Source: a bacterium (lineage in GTDB: Bacteria; Patescibacteriota; Minisyncoccia; Phycocordibacterales; Zambryskibacteraceae). From it: DNA of 64,000 bases. The notes under the pieces were generated by a model. That model worked only from the letters and a program-made list of their open reading frames with translations, had not been told where the DNA came from and made no database searches. The DNA is taken from the NCBI GenBank assembly GCA_023266935.1, contig JAHFOF010000002.1:4469-68468 (forward strand), given 5' to 3'. Position numbers and translations under genes: made by a program. Below are positions 38,539 through 47,402 of the stretch, piece by piece (position 1 is the stretch's first letter; the number at the start of each line of letters is the position of its first letter).

Positions 38539-39129
38539 TTATTCAGAAACAGAAAACCTAGCGAAACGTCTGATCTCTGTCCTTTCTCCAAATTTCTGTA
38601 CCGCCCCGTTCACCAAATCAATAATTTTTTGATCAGGATTTTTAATAAAAGCTTGCTCTAAGAGAACTTTATCTGCAAAGTATGAATCAACTTTTCCTGC
38701 CAAGATTTTCTCCTGCATATCCTTTGGTTTGTCTTCTACTTCGGTTTTAAACGTTTCAGCCACTTTATTTCTGTCTTCCTCTGAAATGTCTTCTCGTTTA
38801 AGGAAGGATGGATTGGTCGCCGCTACTTGCATGGCTATATCTCTGGCTATAGCTTGAAATTCTGGGTTTTTTGCCACGAAGTCTGTCTCACAAGAAAGCT
38901 CTACCATGGTAGCTATATTGCCCGATGCGTGAATATAAGCAGACACGGTGCCTGATCCGAGGGTCCTGTCGCCCTTCTTTGCGGCTATCTCTCCACCCTT
39001 TTTTTGGAGCATGATTCTGGCTTTTTCTTTATCTCCTCCAGCATCCTCAAGAGCTTTTTTGCACTGCATTATAGAAAGTCCTGTTTCGTCCCTGAGAGCT
39101 TTGATTTCAGCGGTAGTGATGGTGGTCAT
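38539..39129 (-). CDS. tsf: Elongation factor Ts
   Basis: UBA-like N-terminus ITTAEIKALRDETGLSIMQCKKALEDAGGD. Confidence 0.9.
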   Translation of the reverse strand: MTTITTAEIKALRDETGLSIMQCKKALEDAGGDKEKARIMLQKKGGEIAAKKGDRTLGSGTVSAYIHASGNIATMVELSCETDFVAKNPEFQAIARDIAMQVAATNPSFLKREDISEEDRNKVAETFKTEVEDKPKDMQEKILAGKVDSYFADKVLLEQAFIKNPDQKIIDLVNGAVQKFGERTEIRRFARFSVSE

Positions 39130-39164
39130 TTTATTAAAGTACTTACAAACTTACACTAATAAAT

Positions 39165-39896
39165 TTATTCCTTTTTTGGTTCTTCGGTTGGTTTTTGTTT
39201 AGAAAGACCCATCTTATAAGCAGAAACGATTTCTCCTATGATATATGAGATGCTGGCTTGACTTGAATCATTGGCTGGTATCGCGAAATCTACAGAATAC
39301 AAATCACAATCAGAACCGGCGAGAGCGATCACTGGGATTTTCATTTTTTGTGCTTCAGAAACAGCAATGGATTCTTTTTTGGGATCAACAACCACAACGA
39401 TTTTTGGAAGAGCTTTCATGGTGGCTAGACCAGCAAAATAAATATTGAGGTTTTCTATCTCTCGATCAATCAAAAGTCTTTCTTTTTTGGTATATTTACC
39501 CAGCTCTCCTCGTTCCTTCTGGCCCATCAAATCTTCCATCTTCGCAATTCTTTTTTTGATTTCAGAAAAGTTTGTGATCGATCCTCCAATCCATCGTCCT
39601 GCAACGAACGGCATCCCAAGTTCTTTGCCCGCCTTCTCTACTGCCTTTCGAGCTTCTGATTTGCCTCCAACAAAGAGAACTGACGCTCCGGTAGAAGCTT
39701 TGTCCTCTACAAATTTTAAAGCCTTCTCGAGTGCTGTTTTAACCTTTTCGAGGTCAAAGATTTCAATCTTGTTTTTGATACCAAAGATATATTCCTTGGC
39801 CGAAGGGTGTCGGCGGGATTTTACAAAACCAAAATGAGCTCCTGCTTTGAAGAGCTCGTTGATTTTTGGGTCATTTGAAGCCGTTTTGTCTGTCAT
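39165..39896 (-). CDS. rpsB: 30S ribosomal protein uS2
   Basis: uS2 core (LFKAGAHFGF, VLFVGGK) with the usual rpsB-tsf order. Confidence 0.9.
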   Translation of the reverse strand: MTDKTASNDPKINELFKAGAHFGFVKSRRHPSAKEYIFGIKNKIEIFDLEKVKTALEKALKFVEDKASTGASVLFVGGKSEARKAVEKAGKELGMPFVAGRWIGGSITNFSEIKKRIAKMEDLMGQKERGELGKYTKKERLLIDREIENLNIYFAGLATMKALPKIVVVVDPKKESIAVSEAQKMKIPVIALAGSDCDLYSVDFAIPANDSSQASISYIIGEIVSAYKMGLSKQKPTEEPKKE

Positions 39897-39976
39897 AAAC
39901 GTCCGAGTATTCTACCAAAACACTATAGTTTTTGCAATAAAAATCCTCAAGCACTACCCAGAGCTTGAGGATTTTC

Positions 39977-40414
39977 CTACACGAGGCGGGGCAACGAATC
40001 ACGAATAATCTTTAACGCTAACCCAGTTTCTCGAGTCCTTGGAATGACAAGGATACCAAGACGGAATGCGAGTTCAATCTCGCGCTTCATTCCATCGGTG
40101 ATTCTGTCACCATAGAGCCAGAGCTCATCAATGAAACCGCGCCTGAAATACTCTTTGTTTACGCTTCTTTCGAGCCTTTTGTCTCTCTTGCTGTTTCCAA
40201 GATAGCGTCTCCAAACGAGACTCGGAAAAACTGGAATGACGCGTGAAGAATGGATTCGAAGGCAAATCTCGATAACCTTCTGCGTATTACCCTCGATATC
40301 TCCAGACATCGGATGGGCAACAAAAACCATTTTTTTGGCCACAACAACCTCAAGGTTGAAGAAATTCGAACTATCTAAATCATTGATACCAAAATTTATA
40401 ATCGGAGTCAACAC
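39977..40414 (-). CDS. DUF4406-family protein (nucleoside 2-deoxyribosyltransferase-like fold). The likely true start is the internal ATG at ~40330 (MVFVAHPMSG).
   Basis: The segments VAHPMSGD...LYGDRITDGMKREIELAFRLGILVIP fit the DUF4406 pattern (IAGPMTG...PGWExSxGAxxExxxAxxLGxPV). The track ORF starts at a GTG. Confidence 0.5.
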   Translation of the reverse strand: MLTPIINFGINDLDSSNFFNLEVVVAKKMVFVAHPMSGDIEGNTQKVIEICLRIHSSRVIPVFPSLVWRRYLGNSKRDKRLERSVNKEYFRRGFIDELWLYGDRITDGMKREIELAFRLGILVIPRTRETGLALKIIRDSLPRLV

Positions 40415-40431
40415 GATTGACGAGGTCCTAC

Positions 40432-40459
40432 CTTGTCATAATTTTTATAAAAAGAAACC
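40432..40459. repeat. Direct repeat module A, copy 1 (CTTGTCATAATTTTTATAAAAAGAAACC). It contains the 12-bp AT palindrome TTTTTATAAAAA.
   Basis: Near-identical to 41082..41110 (26/26 core identity), read directly. Confidence 0.7.
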
Positions 40460-40460
40460 C

Positions 40461-40983
40461 CGTAGTCATGTAGACCTACGGGGGTTGAATGTATTGCACC
40501 TCCCAGATTCGCACGACTCTTTCCATATGTGACTAAAGTCGGTCATCTTGGTGCTATGGGTCTTCCAGAACTCTCCGAGGAGAGATGATTTAAATCGATT
40601 TGCAGTATTCATGCAGTGACTATTCAATCCTCTTGTCACTACACTACACCCGCAAACCTAAAAAACCGCCAGTGGCCTAGTAGGTACCAAGTTTGAGAAC
40701 TACCTGAACTCTCAAACTTATGAGGATTTACCTACTGCTCGAATTACGAGGGTTTATTCTTCACTCTCCGAAGAGAGATTGGAATCTCGCTCCCAAAACC
40801 AATATATACAACTTAGTTATGAGAGCCTTGGAATCCGGAATGTTCACGGTCGACCTTGGATGGTTGCGTGGTCTCGGCTAGACTAGTTTCACCTCATGCC
40901 ACGCATTCCATCGAGCCAGATCATGTAACTCCATTCAGTGATTCTAATACTCGTTCTGTTTCTAGCCTAGCATAACAAATCAT
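40461..40983. ncRNA. Candidate structured ncRNA, unit 1 (~520 nt, unique sequence, no credible ORF). Strand is uncertain, with the minus strand favoured.
   Basis: It is bounded by repeat modules A and B. It has many long perfect stems (e.g. AAGTTTGAGA..TCTCAAACTT, CTCGAATTACGAG). On the minus strand it shows two copies of a CTCTC-(T/C)TCG-GAGAG hairpin, one with a canonical cUUCGg tetraloop. GC is higher than in neighbouring CDS. Confidence 0.4.
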
Positions 40984-41058
40984 AAATGTCAAGCAAATTA
41001 TCATTTCATATTGCTTAATAGTCAAAAAACAGCTCTATTGAGCTGTTTTTTGGGAGCT
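40984..41058. repeat. Direct repeat module B, copy 1 (~75 bp). It has a conserved 30-nt segment AATGTCAAGCAAATTATCATTTCATATTG followed by a bidirectional intrinsic terminator at 41024..41051.
   Basis: About 85% identical to 41408..41480. The hairpin CAGCTC-TATT-GAGCTG is flanked by an A6 run and a T6 run. On the minus strand the module ends with TTGACA (a -35-like hexamer) preceded by an AT-rich UP-like tract. Confidence 0.65.
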
Positions 41059-41081
41059 AATTTAGAATAGTGAGCCCCTGT

Positions 41082-41110
41082 CTTGTCATAATTTTTATAA
41101 AAAGAAAACC
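41082..41110. repeat. Direct repeat module A, copy 2
   Basis: CTTGTCATAATTTTTATAAAAAGAAAACC, matching 40432..40459. Confidence 0.7.
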
Positions 41111-41407
41111 GCAGTCGTTTGACTGGGTTGTTTGATACCCGGAGGCACCTGGCCTCTCAAGCTGAATCTTGAGGCCAGATGTCTGCGGGTTGTTCTACGG
41201 CGCGCCGGCGGAGTGCTTACTCGCCGCGTGCGGCCGTCGAGAACGTCGCCGTGTGCACGTGAGCCAATTCGTACATGGACCTGCTGTTCTGGGTGCCATC
41301 GCGGACCCTGTGCATGTTGCCTCTCGACGTTGAGGGTAGAAGAGCATGTCGGTCACATAGGGAGCGTCCCTTGACCTGACCTTTTTATCGTAGCACAGTA
41401 TAAAAAT
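41111..41407. ncRNA. Candidate structured ncRNA, unit 2 (~295 nt, ~60% GC in a ~37% GC genome). Strand is uncertain, with the minus strand favoured.
   Basis: Very GC-rich with extensive helices (CTGGCCTCTCAAG..CTTGAGGCCAG, CGTCGAGAGG..CTCTCGACG, CGGCG..CGCCG). The only ORF (41132..41374) is Arg/Cys-rich, which looks like a composition artefact. On the minus strand TTGACA-17-TACGAT lies ~7 nt before the first G of GGTCAGGTC. Confidence 0.4.
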
Positions 41408-41480
41408 AATGTCAAGCGAATTATCATTTCATATTGTATAGTTACCAAAAAACAGCCCTGTTGAGCTGTTTTTTGAAAGC
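41408..41480. repeat. Direct repeat module B, copy 2, with an intrinsic terminator at ~41446..41476
   Basis: AATGTCAAGCGAATTATCATTTCATATTG followed by AAAAAACAGCCCTGTTGAGCTGTTTTTT (hairpin with one mismatch, A-run and T-run). Confidence 0.65.
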
Positions 41481-41494
41481 TGATTTTAATTTTG

Positions 41495-42472
41495 TTATTC
41501 CTCCCCTTCTCCCGTGCCGAATTCTTTGGCATTTTGGAGCGCATCGATGATTGGATCCATATAGCCGAGGAAGATTTTTTCTATGTTATGCCAATTTTCT
41601 TTTATTCGGTGATCTGTAATGCGATCTTGGAGAATATTATAAGTACGAATCTTTTCTGAACGGTCGGCTGTGCCTATCTGATCCTTCCTGTTCGCTGAAT
41701 GTTTCGCTGTTTCTTCTTCATCATGTTTGGCTTGAAGCTTGGCTATTAAAATAGACATGGCCATCTCTCGATTCTTCAACTGATTCCTCTGTGAAGTTGA
41801 ACGCACATCTATACCTGTGGCTTTATGAATAATCCTCACCGCTGTCTCAACCTTGTTCACGTTTTGCCCGCCCGCACCTCCTGAACGAGAAGTTTCTATC
41901 TCGATGTCTGTTGGTTTTATCTCTATAGTCGTCTTTTTCCTGATGGGCAGAATAGCCACAGAAGCAGTCGATGTGTGCACTCGACCCATCTTCTCTGTGG
42001 CCGGCACACGTTGAATACGATGAACGCCTGTCTCAAACCTTAGATTTTTATAGACCCCCATACCTCGGATTTCAAACGCTGCTTCTTTGTACCCACCTAT
42101 GGATGTTTCTGAAGTATAAATTGTTTCCACTCCCCAACCCTTTAACCGAGCATATTTGATATACATATCAGCCAACTTTTGAGCAAAGAGAGCTGCTTCT
42201 TCTCCACCTGCTCCAGCACGAACTTCCAGAATGATTTCATTTGGAAATTCCTCATCCTTTTCTTCCTCCTTTAATATTTCATCCATTTGTTTAAGGAGAG
42301 TTTCTTTTTCTCGAACAAAATTAGACAACTCTTCATCGGCCAACGCTTTCATCGATGGATCTCCGGCCGAAATAGTTTTTAGTTCTTCTTCATCCTTTTC
42401 TAAACGTACATAAGTCTCCGCGAGGTAAGCGGTCTTTGGGTTGTTTTTATATTTTGATAAATCAGAGTTCAC
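41495..42472 (-). CDS. prfA: Peptide chain release factor 1
   Basis: GGQ motif [11 protein letters not shown] and the RF1-type PxT tripeptide ([14 protein letters not shown]). Confidence 0.8.
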   Translation of the reverse strand: MNSDLSKYKNNPKTAYLAETYVRLEKDEEELKTISAGDPSMKALADEELSNFVREKETLLKQMDEILKEEEKDEEFPNEIILEVRAGAGGEEAALFAQKLADMYIKYARLKGWGVETIYTSETSIGGYKEAAFEIRGMGVYKNLRFETGVHRIQRVPATEKMGRVHTSTASVAILPIRKKTTIEIKPTDIEIETSRSGGAGGQNVNKVETAVRIIHKATGIDVRSTSQRNQLKNREMAMSILIAKLQAKHDEEETAKHSANRKDQIGTADRSEKIRTYNILQDRITDHRIKENWHNIEKIFLGYMDPIIDALQNAKEFGTGEGEE

Positions 42473-42757
42473 TTATTTCTTGCTGGTCTTCTTTGCCTTC
42501 TTTGGAGTAGCTTTGGCTTGTTTCAATTTAAATCTTTCTACACGACCAGCTGTGTCGAGAACCTTGTCTAGACCAGTATAAAACGGATGAGAGCTCGAAG
42601 AGATTTCGATATTAAAAAGCGGATATTCTTTCTTATCAATCTTGGATTTCTTAGTTTCTTTGGTAACTACAGTCGAAGGTATGATAAATTCTACACCGTT
42701 TGAAGAGTCGACAAATAGTACTGGTCTATAAGTATTTGGGTGAATATCTTTTTTCAT
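42473..42757 (-). CDS. rpmE: 50S ribosomal protein bL31 (type B, no zinc motif) with a Lys-rich tail
   Basis: MKKDIHPNTY start, typical of bL31. Confidence 0.8.
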   Translation of the reverse strand: MKKDIHPNTYRPVLFVDSSNGVEFIIPSTVVTKETKKSKIDKKEYPLFNIEISSSSHPFYTGLDKVLDTAGRVERFKLKQAKATPKKAKKTSKK

Positions 42758-42780
42758 TAGGTATGAACTATAGCAGAGAA

Positions 42781-44193
42781 TTAGATGCCCTGCAATGGGT
42801 CAATCATGGTGGTTTGAATCTTGGTAGCGAGAGCCATAACCGAGTTTCCATACGAATTCGCATAGCTCGTCTTACAACTCGAACCAGAATAATATCGGCA
42901 AGCAGCATTTTTCTGTGCTGTATAACTTGTTGAATTTGCTCCTAGGTCACCAAGGTAAATCGCTGAAGCGAAGAGAGCATCTCGGGCATTCCAAGGATCA
43001 GGATTGTTGTGTCCAGATAAAGAAGCAATCCGATTGGAGAAAAGTTTCCATGTAGAAGGAATAAATTGAGCAGGTCCCATCGCCCCACCCCAACCAATAG
43101 GATTCTTTTTTGAATCGTACAGTGGTTGCCAGCATGAGACACGAGTATTGTATGGGTCACCTCCAACTTTTGAAAGGATATCTATAAAGATCGGGATATC
43201 TCTCGTTGGATTCATCACTCTTGATTTTGGAGTTCCCGTATTGGCACCCTTTCCATCTCCAGTATTAGTATCAGTGATATAACAAGACCCAACATTTTGT
43301 CCGAGATTAGATTCTTGGGTCAAGATGGCTAAAAGAAATGCTGGGTCAACCCCAGTTTTCGCTCCAGCTTCTTGGGCATATTGAAGAGCTGTACCGAAAG
43401 GAATGGCCGCTGTGTCTCTAAGGCCGAACAGGGCTGCGCGAATTTGAGCCGCTTTGGCTTGCTTGTCTGCGATGACTGTCGAATATGTTTTTTCTCTATT
43501 CTGACTTTCGGCTAAAAGAGTTTTCTTTTGAGCTTGATTTAATTCAACTTGTTTTTTCGCTGTCTCTATGGCCGCTCGAGCATCTGCTTCTTCATCTTGT
43601 TTTTTCTTTAGAGCATCCTTTTCTTGTTGGGTTTGTATCTTTACTCCACGCAATTCAGCAAAGACATTTTCCAAAGCATGACTCGTCGCAGAATAAGTAT
43701 CTATGTCCACAAAAAATTCAGAGAAATCTTTATTTGAAAGGATTGTTTCTGGTAAGGTATATTCGTCTATTAAACTAGTCTTCCTCAGAATTTCGGCGAG
43801 AGTGGCTCGTCCGGTTTCGATTTTGTTATCCAAAGTAGTAATAGTGGTTTGCTTGGCTACGATGTCTTTACCCAAATTGGCTATGGCTATGTTTTTTGCT
43901 TTGATATTTGTTTGGGCAATATTTATTTTTGCCGTCAAAGCAGCGACTTCTTGGGCAAAAGATGCGCTGTCTTGTTTGGTGCTATTTAAAATCGCTGTCC
44001 ATTTATCTATTTCTGCCTGACAAGCGTCTTGAGCAACGAGGAGTTGAGCTCGACTTTGACCAGAAATATCTCCACTACAAGGATCAGTGGCCGCCTGAAT
44101 TATAGGAATACGAAAAGAAAAACCAAATAGGATTGTGATGAACGCTATGAAAAATCTAAATGAGCGTAAGGTGAACATAAGAAAAATCTTCAA
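42781..44193 (-). CDS. Secreted coiled-coil protein with a C-terminal lytic transglycosylase (MltB/SLT-like) domain
   Basis: Signal/TM N-terminus, a long coiled-coil, and C-terminal motifs LAILTQESNLGQN and GAMGPAQFIPSTW. Confidence 0.6.
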   Translation of the reverse strand: MKIFLMFTLRSFRFFIAFITILFGFSFRIPIIQAATDPCSGDISGQSRAQLLVAQDACQAEIDKWTAILNSTKQDSASFAQEVAALTAKINIAQTNIKAKNIAIANLGKDIVAKQTTITTLDNKIETGRATLAEILRKTSLIDEYTLPETILSNKDFSEFFVDIDTYSATSHALENVFAELRGVKIQTQQEKDALKKKQDEEADARAAIETAKKQVELNQAQKKTLLAESQNREKTYSTVIADKQAKAAQIRAALFGLRDTAAIPFGTALQYAQEAGAKTGVDPAFLLAILTQESNLGQNVGSCYITDTNTGDGKGANTGTPKSRVMNPTRDIPIFIDILSKVGGDPYNTRVSCWQPLYDSKKNPIGWGGAMGPAQFIPSTWKLFSNRIASLSGHNNPDPWNARDALFASAIYLGDLGANSTSYTAQKNAACRYYSGSSCKTSYANSYGNSVMALATKIQTTMIDPLQGI

Positions 44194-44198
44194 GAAGA

Positions 44199-44861
44199 TT
44201 ATTCTGCTTTTGGAGTCTCTGTTGTTTCTGCACCATCTTCTACAACTTCGTCTTTGCCTTTCTTCTCTACTTCTATAGCTTCAAGGTCAATAGGTGCGAC
44301 CTCCTCTTCTTTTTCTTGTCGAGGTTCGGCTACAAGTGCCACCACTTCTTCTGGATTTTCAAGCAAGGTGACACCTGCGGGCAAAACGATGTCTTTGGCC
44401 AAAACGTGACTGTGGAAATCTACGAGCGGAGTAACGTCAATCTTCAAATCGTGCGGGAGGTCTTTGGGCATCGCTTCAATCTTCAAGGCATGAATAACTT
44501 TGACCAAAGTTCCTCCCAAATCTTTTACCGCAAGAGAAACTCCGTCAAATTCAAGAGGAACCTCGACCTCAACTTTGTGGCCCTTTTCGAAAACATAGAA
44601 ATCTGCGTGCCTAGGAGTGCCTTTCACTGGATCAAAGTCTATATCATGGATAAGAGACTCCTTTTCGCCTTCTGGGGTTTCTAGGACAACCACAGAAGAT
44701 TCTCCGGCTTGCTTCCAAACCTTGAGGAAATCGACCATATTTAGAGAAATAGAGGTCGAAGGTTCCTTTTTGCCATAAAAGACTGCGGGCATTTGTCCCG
44801 CTTTTCGAATTGCCTCTGGAGATACGCTTTGGTCGCGTAACTGGGCCTTTAAAGTAATCAT
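44199..44861 (-). CDS. rplY: 50S ribosomal protein bL25 / general stress protein Ctc form
   Basis: MITLKAQLRDQ...AVFYGK N-terminus and an acidic C-terminal extension. Confidence 0.8.
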   Translation of the reverse strand: MITLKAQLRDQSVSPEAIRKAGQMPAVFYGKKEPSTSISLNMVDFLKVWKQAGESSVVVLETPEGEKESLIHDIDFDPVKGTPRHADFYVFEKGHKVEVEVPLEFDGVSLAVKDLGGTLVKVIHALKIEAMPKDLPHDLKIDVTPLVDFHSHVLAKDIVLPAGVTLLENPEEVVALVAEPRQEKEEEVAPIDLEAIEVEKKGKDEVVEDGAETTETPKAE

Positions 44862-44870
44862 CCCTCTATT

Positions 44871-46505
44871 CTACTCGATTGCTATGTGATTTTCAAGATA
44901 TTCGATAGTTCCACCTACTTTTTTGCCTGGATTAAAGATATTCAGAGGGTCAAAGATTTCTTTGGTTTTTTTAAATAATTCCAAGATTTCTGGTTTAAAC
45001 ATCTTGTTCAAATACGGAGTTCGGACTATGCCGTCATTGTGTTCACCTGTAATGGAGCCTTTGTATTCGGCCACGAGGTCATAAATCTTGTCTCCCACTT
45101 CCTTTATCACTCTGATATTTTCCTTTTTATGCATATCCATGAGTGGGATGATGTGAAAATTCCCATTGCCCGCATGACCAGAAATGGTATAAACCAATTT
45201 ATAATCATCCAAAATCTTTTTCATTTTGGGCAAGAAGGCGGGCATGTCTTTCGGCTGGACCACCACATCATCCACGAACGGAGCCGTGCGTGAACCGTGA
45301 ATATGTTTGCGAAGGAGGCTAAAGCTCTCTCGACGAATAGTCCAATACTTGTTCGACTCTTCTTCAGATTTAGTTTTCCTCATGATGAATCCGAAATGAG
45401 CAATTTTATTTTCCAAATCATCCAATTTTTTGTTGACTTCTGGTTCTGTCTGACCGGCATATTCCACGAGAATAATTAATTTTGGTAATCCAAGACTACG
45501 AATCATCATGAAGGCTTCGGGAATAAATGAGAGGATAAGTTTAAAGAAATTTTTGACTTTCATAGTCTTTAACATTTCTGGGAAGAATTTAAACGCGAGC
45601 ATCATCGTCGCATCATCATAAGTTTCCAAACTCTCTGGATTGGTGGGTAAAATTTCATTCACCACATCTGCGAGGTGAGTCATATCTTTCAAAAAGATGA
45701 CAAAGAGTTTCGAAACTGGTTCGATAGGAACAAGTTTAACCTTCGCTTCGGTAACCAATCCGAGTGTACCTTGAGAACCGACGATGAGTTTATTTAAATC
45801 AAAAGTTTTCCCATCCCATACATTCCAGAGATAATAACCCGCAGAATTTTTTGAAACATTTGGTTTAGCTTCGATTATTATCTTTTTATTCGTTTCGATT
45901 AAATCGAAAACATTTTTATAAATATTGCCTTCAAAATCGTTCTGCTTTATTTTAAAATCTAATTCTGGTTTGAGAAGTGGTCGAATGGTATATTCGTTCC
46001 CATCAGAGAAAACTACTTTTGATTCGAGAATAAAGTTTTCCATCTTGCCGTAGCGCAAAGTTTTCTCTCCTGCACAGTTGTTGCCTATCATCCCTCCCAA
46101 AGCATTCATATTTTTCGAAGCCGTAAAACAAGGTAAAATAAGGCTTTTTTCAAGGGTTTTGGGTTCAAAATCTCTATAAAACACCCCCGGTTCGACTACT
46201 GTCCCATCCTTTTTTATCTCCCCCATCTTGTTCATGTATTTCATCACGTCTACGATGATTGATTCTCCAAGTGGTCCTCCAGCCATGCACGAACCCGCCG
46301 CACGAATAGTGATCGAGAGGGTCGGATCATTTTTTTTGTTTTCATTGACCCATCGCACTAAATTTTCTAAATCCTTTGCATCTTTGGGGAACACTACTAA
46401 TTTGGGTTTTACTTCAAACAAACTTGCATCGTGACTATAGAGCTTTAAAGTTTCTTCATCGTCCTGCACATCTCCCTTAAAAAATTTCCGGATTTCTTCT
46501 TTCAT
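44871..46505 (-). CDS. FAD-linked oxidase (GlcD/D-lactate dehydrogenase-like, PCMH-type FAD-binding)
   Basis: FAD-binding domain motifs (RAAGSCMAGGPLGESIIVD, GGMIGNNCAGE) and a C-terminal FAD-oxidase domain. Confidence 0.7.
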   Translation of the reverse strand: MKEEIRKFFKGDVQDDEETLKLYSHDASLFEVKPKLVVFPKDAKDLENLVRWVNENKKNDPTLSITIRAAGSCMAGGPLGESIIVDVMKYMNKMGEIKKDGTVVEPGVFYRDFEPKTLEKSLILPCFTASKNMNALGGMIGNNCAGEKTLRYGKMENFILESKVVFSDGNEYTIRPLLKPELDFKIKQNDFEGNIYKNVFDLIETNKKIIIEAKPNVSKNSAGYYLWNVWDGKTFDLNKLIVGSQGTLGLVTEAKVKLVPIEPVSKLFVIFLKDMTHLADVVNEILPTNPESLETYDDATMMLAFKFFPEMLKTMKVKNFFKLILSFIPEAFMMIRSLGLPKLIILVEYAGQTEPEVNKKLDDLENKIAHFGFIMRKTKSEEESNKYWTIRRESFSLLRKHIHGSRTAPFVDDVVVQPKDMPAFLPKMKKILDDYKLVYTISGHAGNGNFHIIPLMDMHKKENIRVIKEVGDKIYDLVAEYKGSITGEHNDGIVRTPYLNKMFKPEILELFKKTKEIFDPLNIFNPGKKVGGTIEYLENHIAIE

Positions 46506-47360
46506 TTATATTCGATTAAAAACTTTCAGTTTGGCCCGAACAATTTTTTTCATTTCTTCTACACCTTCGGCCATGAATTTATAAGGAGCTATTTCATCCG
46601 AACTCATGATACCCTTCTCGATTCCCTTTTTATAAGCCAAACGAAGTTCAGTATTTATATGAACCACACTGATACCCGCTTCTATCGCCTTTCTTACTTC
46701 TTCATCAGTATTTCCAGAAGCCCCGTGGAGAACTAAAGGCACTCCGACTGCTTTATGAATTTTTTTGATTAAAGGGATGTTTAATTTTGGTTCACCGGTT
46801 CGAATCAAACCATGCACATTTCCCACCGACGGAGCGAAGAGATCAACCATCGTTTCCTCTACAAACTTTTGAGCATCTTCTGGATGAGTTTGAGTAGCTG
46901 GAGAAACTCCATCAGGAATTTCATCTCGAAGAGTTGAACCAGAACCAATAAAGCCGAGCTCTCCTTCTACAAGAATGTTTGGATTTTTTTCTTTGGCATA
47001 TTTAACAACCTCTATGGTCATCATTTCATTTTCAAAAAATGGTTTCTCTGCTCCATCTATGATGACTGAATCAAAATTATTATTTATGGCTTCTTTAGAC
47101 GCTTCCACCGAATAAGTGTGGTCTGCATTCAGAAAAACGGGCTGACCTTTTTCTTTTTCTACTTGAACCAAAGCTCTGATTTCTGCCACACCCAAAAAAC
47201 TTCGTTCATTCTCCGAGACCCCAATAATTACTGGTACCCCGAGTTCTTTGGCTGACTCCACTACTGCCTTGAATCCTTCTGAATCAGAAACATTAAAATG
47301 CCCTATAGCAATTTTCTTTTCTTCAGCTTCTTTGATGTATTCGAGTAGGGATTTCATCAT
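46506..47360 (-). CDS. fba: Class II fructose/tagatose-bisphosphate aldolase
   Basis: AIGHFNVSD start region and Zn ligands in LVLHGASGNTDEEV. The track ORF runs 72 nt further 5' into IS-adjacent sequence; the start is placed at the MMKSLLEY Met pair. Confidence 0.8.
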   Translation of the reverse strand: MMKSLLEYIKEAEEKKIAIGHFNVSDSEGFKAVVESAKELGVPVIIGVSENERSFLGVAEIRALVQVEKEKGQPVFLNADHTYSVEASKEAINNNFDSVIIDGAEKPFFENEMMTIEVVKYAKEKNPNILVEGELGFIGSGSTLRDEIPDGVSPATQTHPEDAQKFVEETMVDLFAPSVGNVHGLIRTGEPKLNIPLIKKIHKAVGVPLVLHGASGNTDEEVRKAIEAGISVVHINTELRLAYKKGIEKGIMSSDEIAPYKFMAEGVEEMKKIVRAKLKVFNRI

Positions 47361-47379
47361 GATGATAATTTTAGCATAG

Positions 47380-47402
47380 AAAAAACCCACCATTGCTGGT
47401 GG
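47380..47402 (-). terminator. Intrinsic terminator on the minus strand (CCCACCA-GCAA-TGGTGGG plus T-run) between the IS-like insertion and fba
   Basis: A 7-bp stem read directly. The T-run on the minus strand is the complement of AAAAAA at 47379..47384. Confidence 0.45.

Noticed and set aside
40432-40459. Plus-strand promoter reading of module A (TTGTCA as a -35)
   Set aside because: No acceptable -10 lies at 16-18 nt downstream in either copy. The minus-strand TTGACA inside module B gives a better promoter model, so strand assignment is left open rather than asserted.
41132-41374. 80-aa Arg/Cys/Pro-rich ORF inside ncRNA-like unit 2
   Set aside because: Its composition matches that expected from translating ~60% GC structured RNA (RRAGGVLTRRVRPSRTSPCAREP...). 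It has no SD and lies entirely inside a hairpin-dense region.
41380-41410. GGTCAGGTC on the minus strand, resembling the conserved SRP RNA domain IV 5' strand (GGUCAGGUCCGGAAGGAAGCAGCC)
   Set aside because: Only the 9-mer matches. The GGAA tetraloop and the AGCAGCC 3' strand are absent, so this is not called SRP RNA, although a covariance-model scan should still be run.
40415-41494. Possible CRISPR-like array, because of the repeated modules
   Set aside because: There are only two copies of each repeat. The repeats are 27 and 75 nt with terminators, the intervening bodies are 300-520 nt and highly structured, and no cas genes are present. This is not CRISPR architecture.
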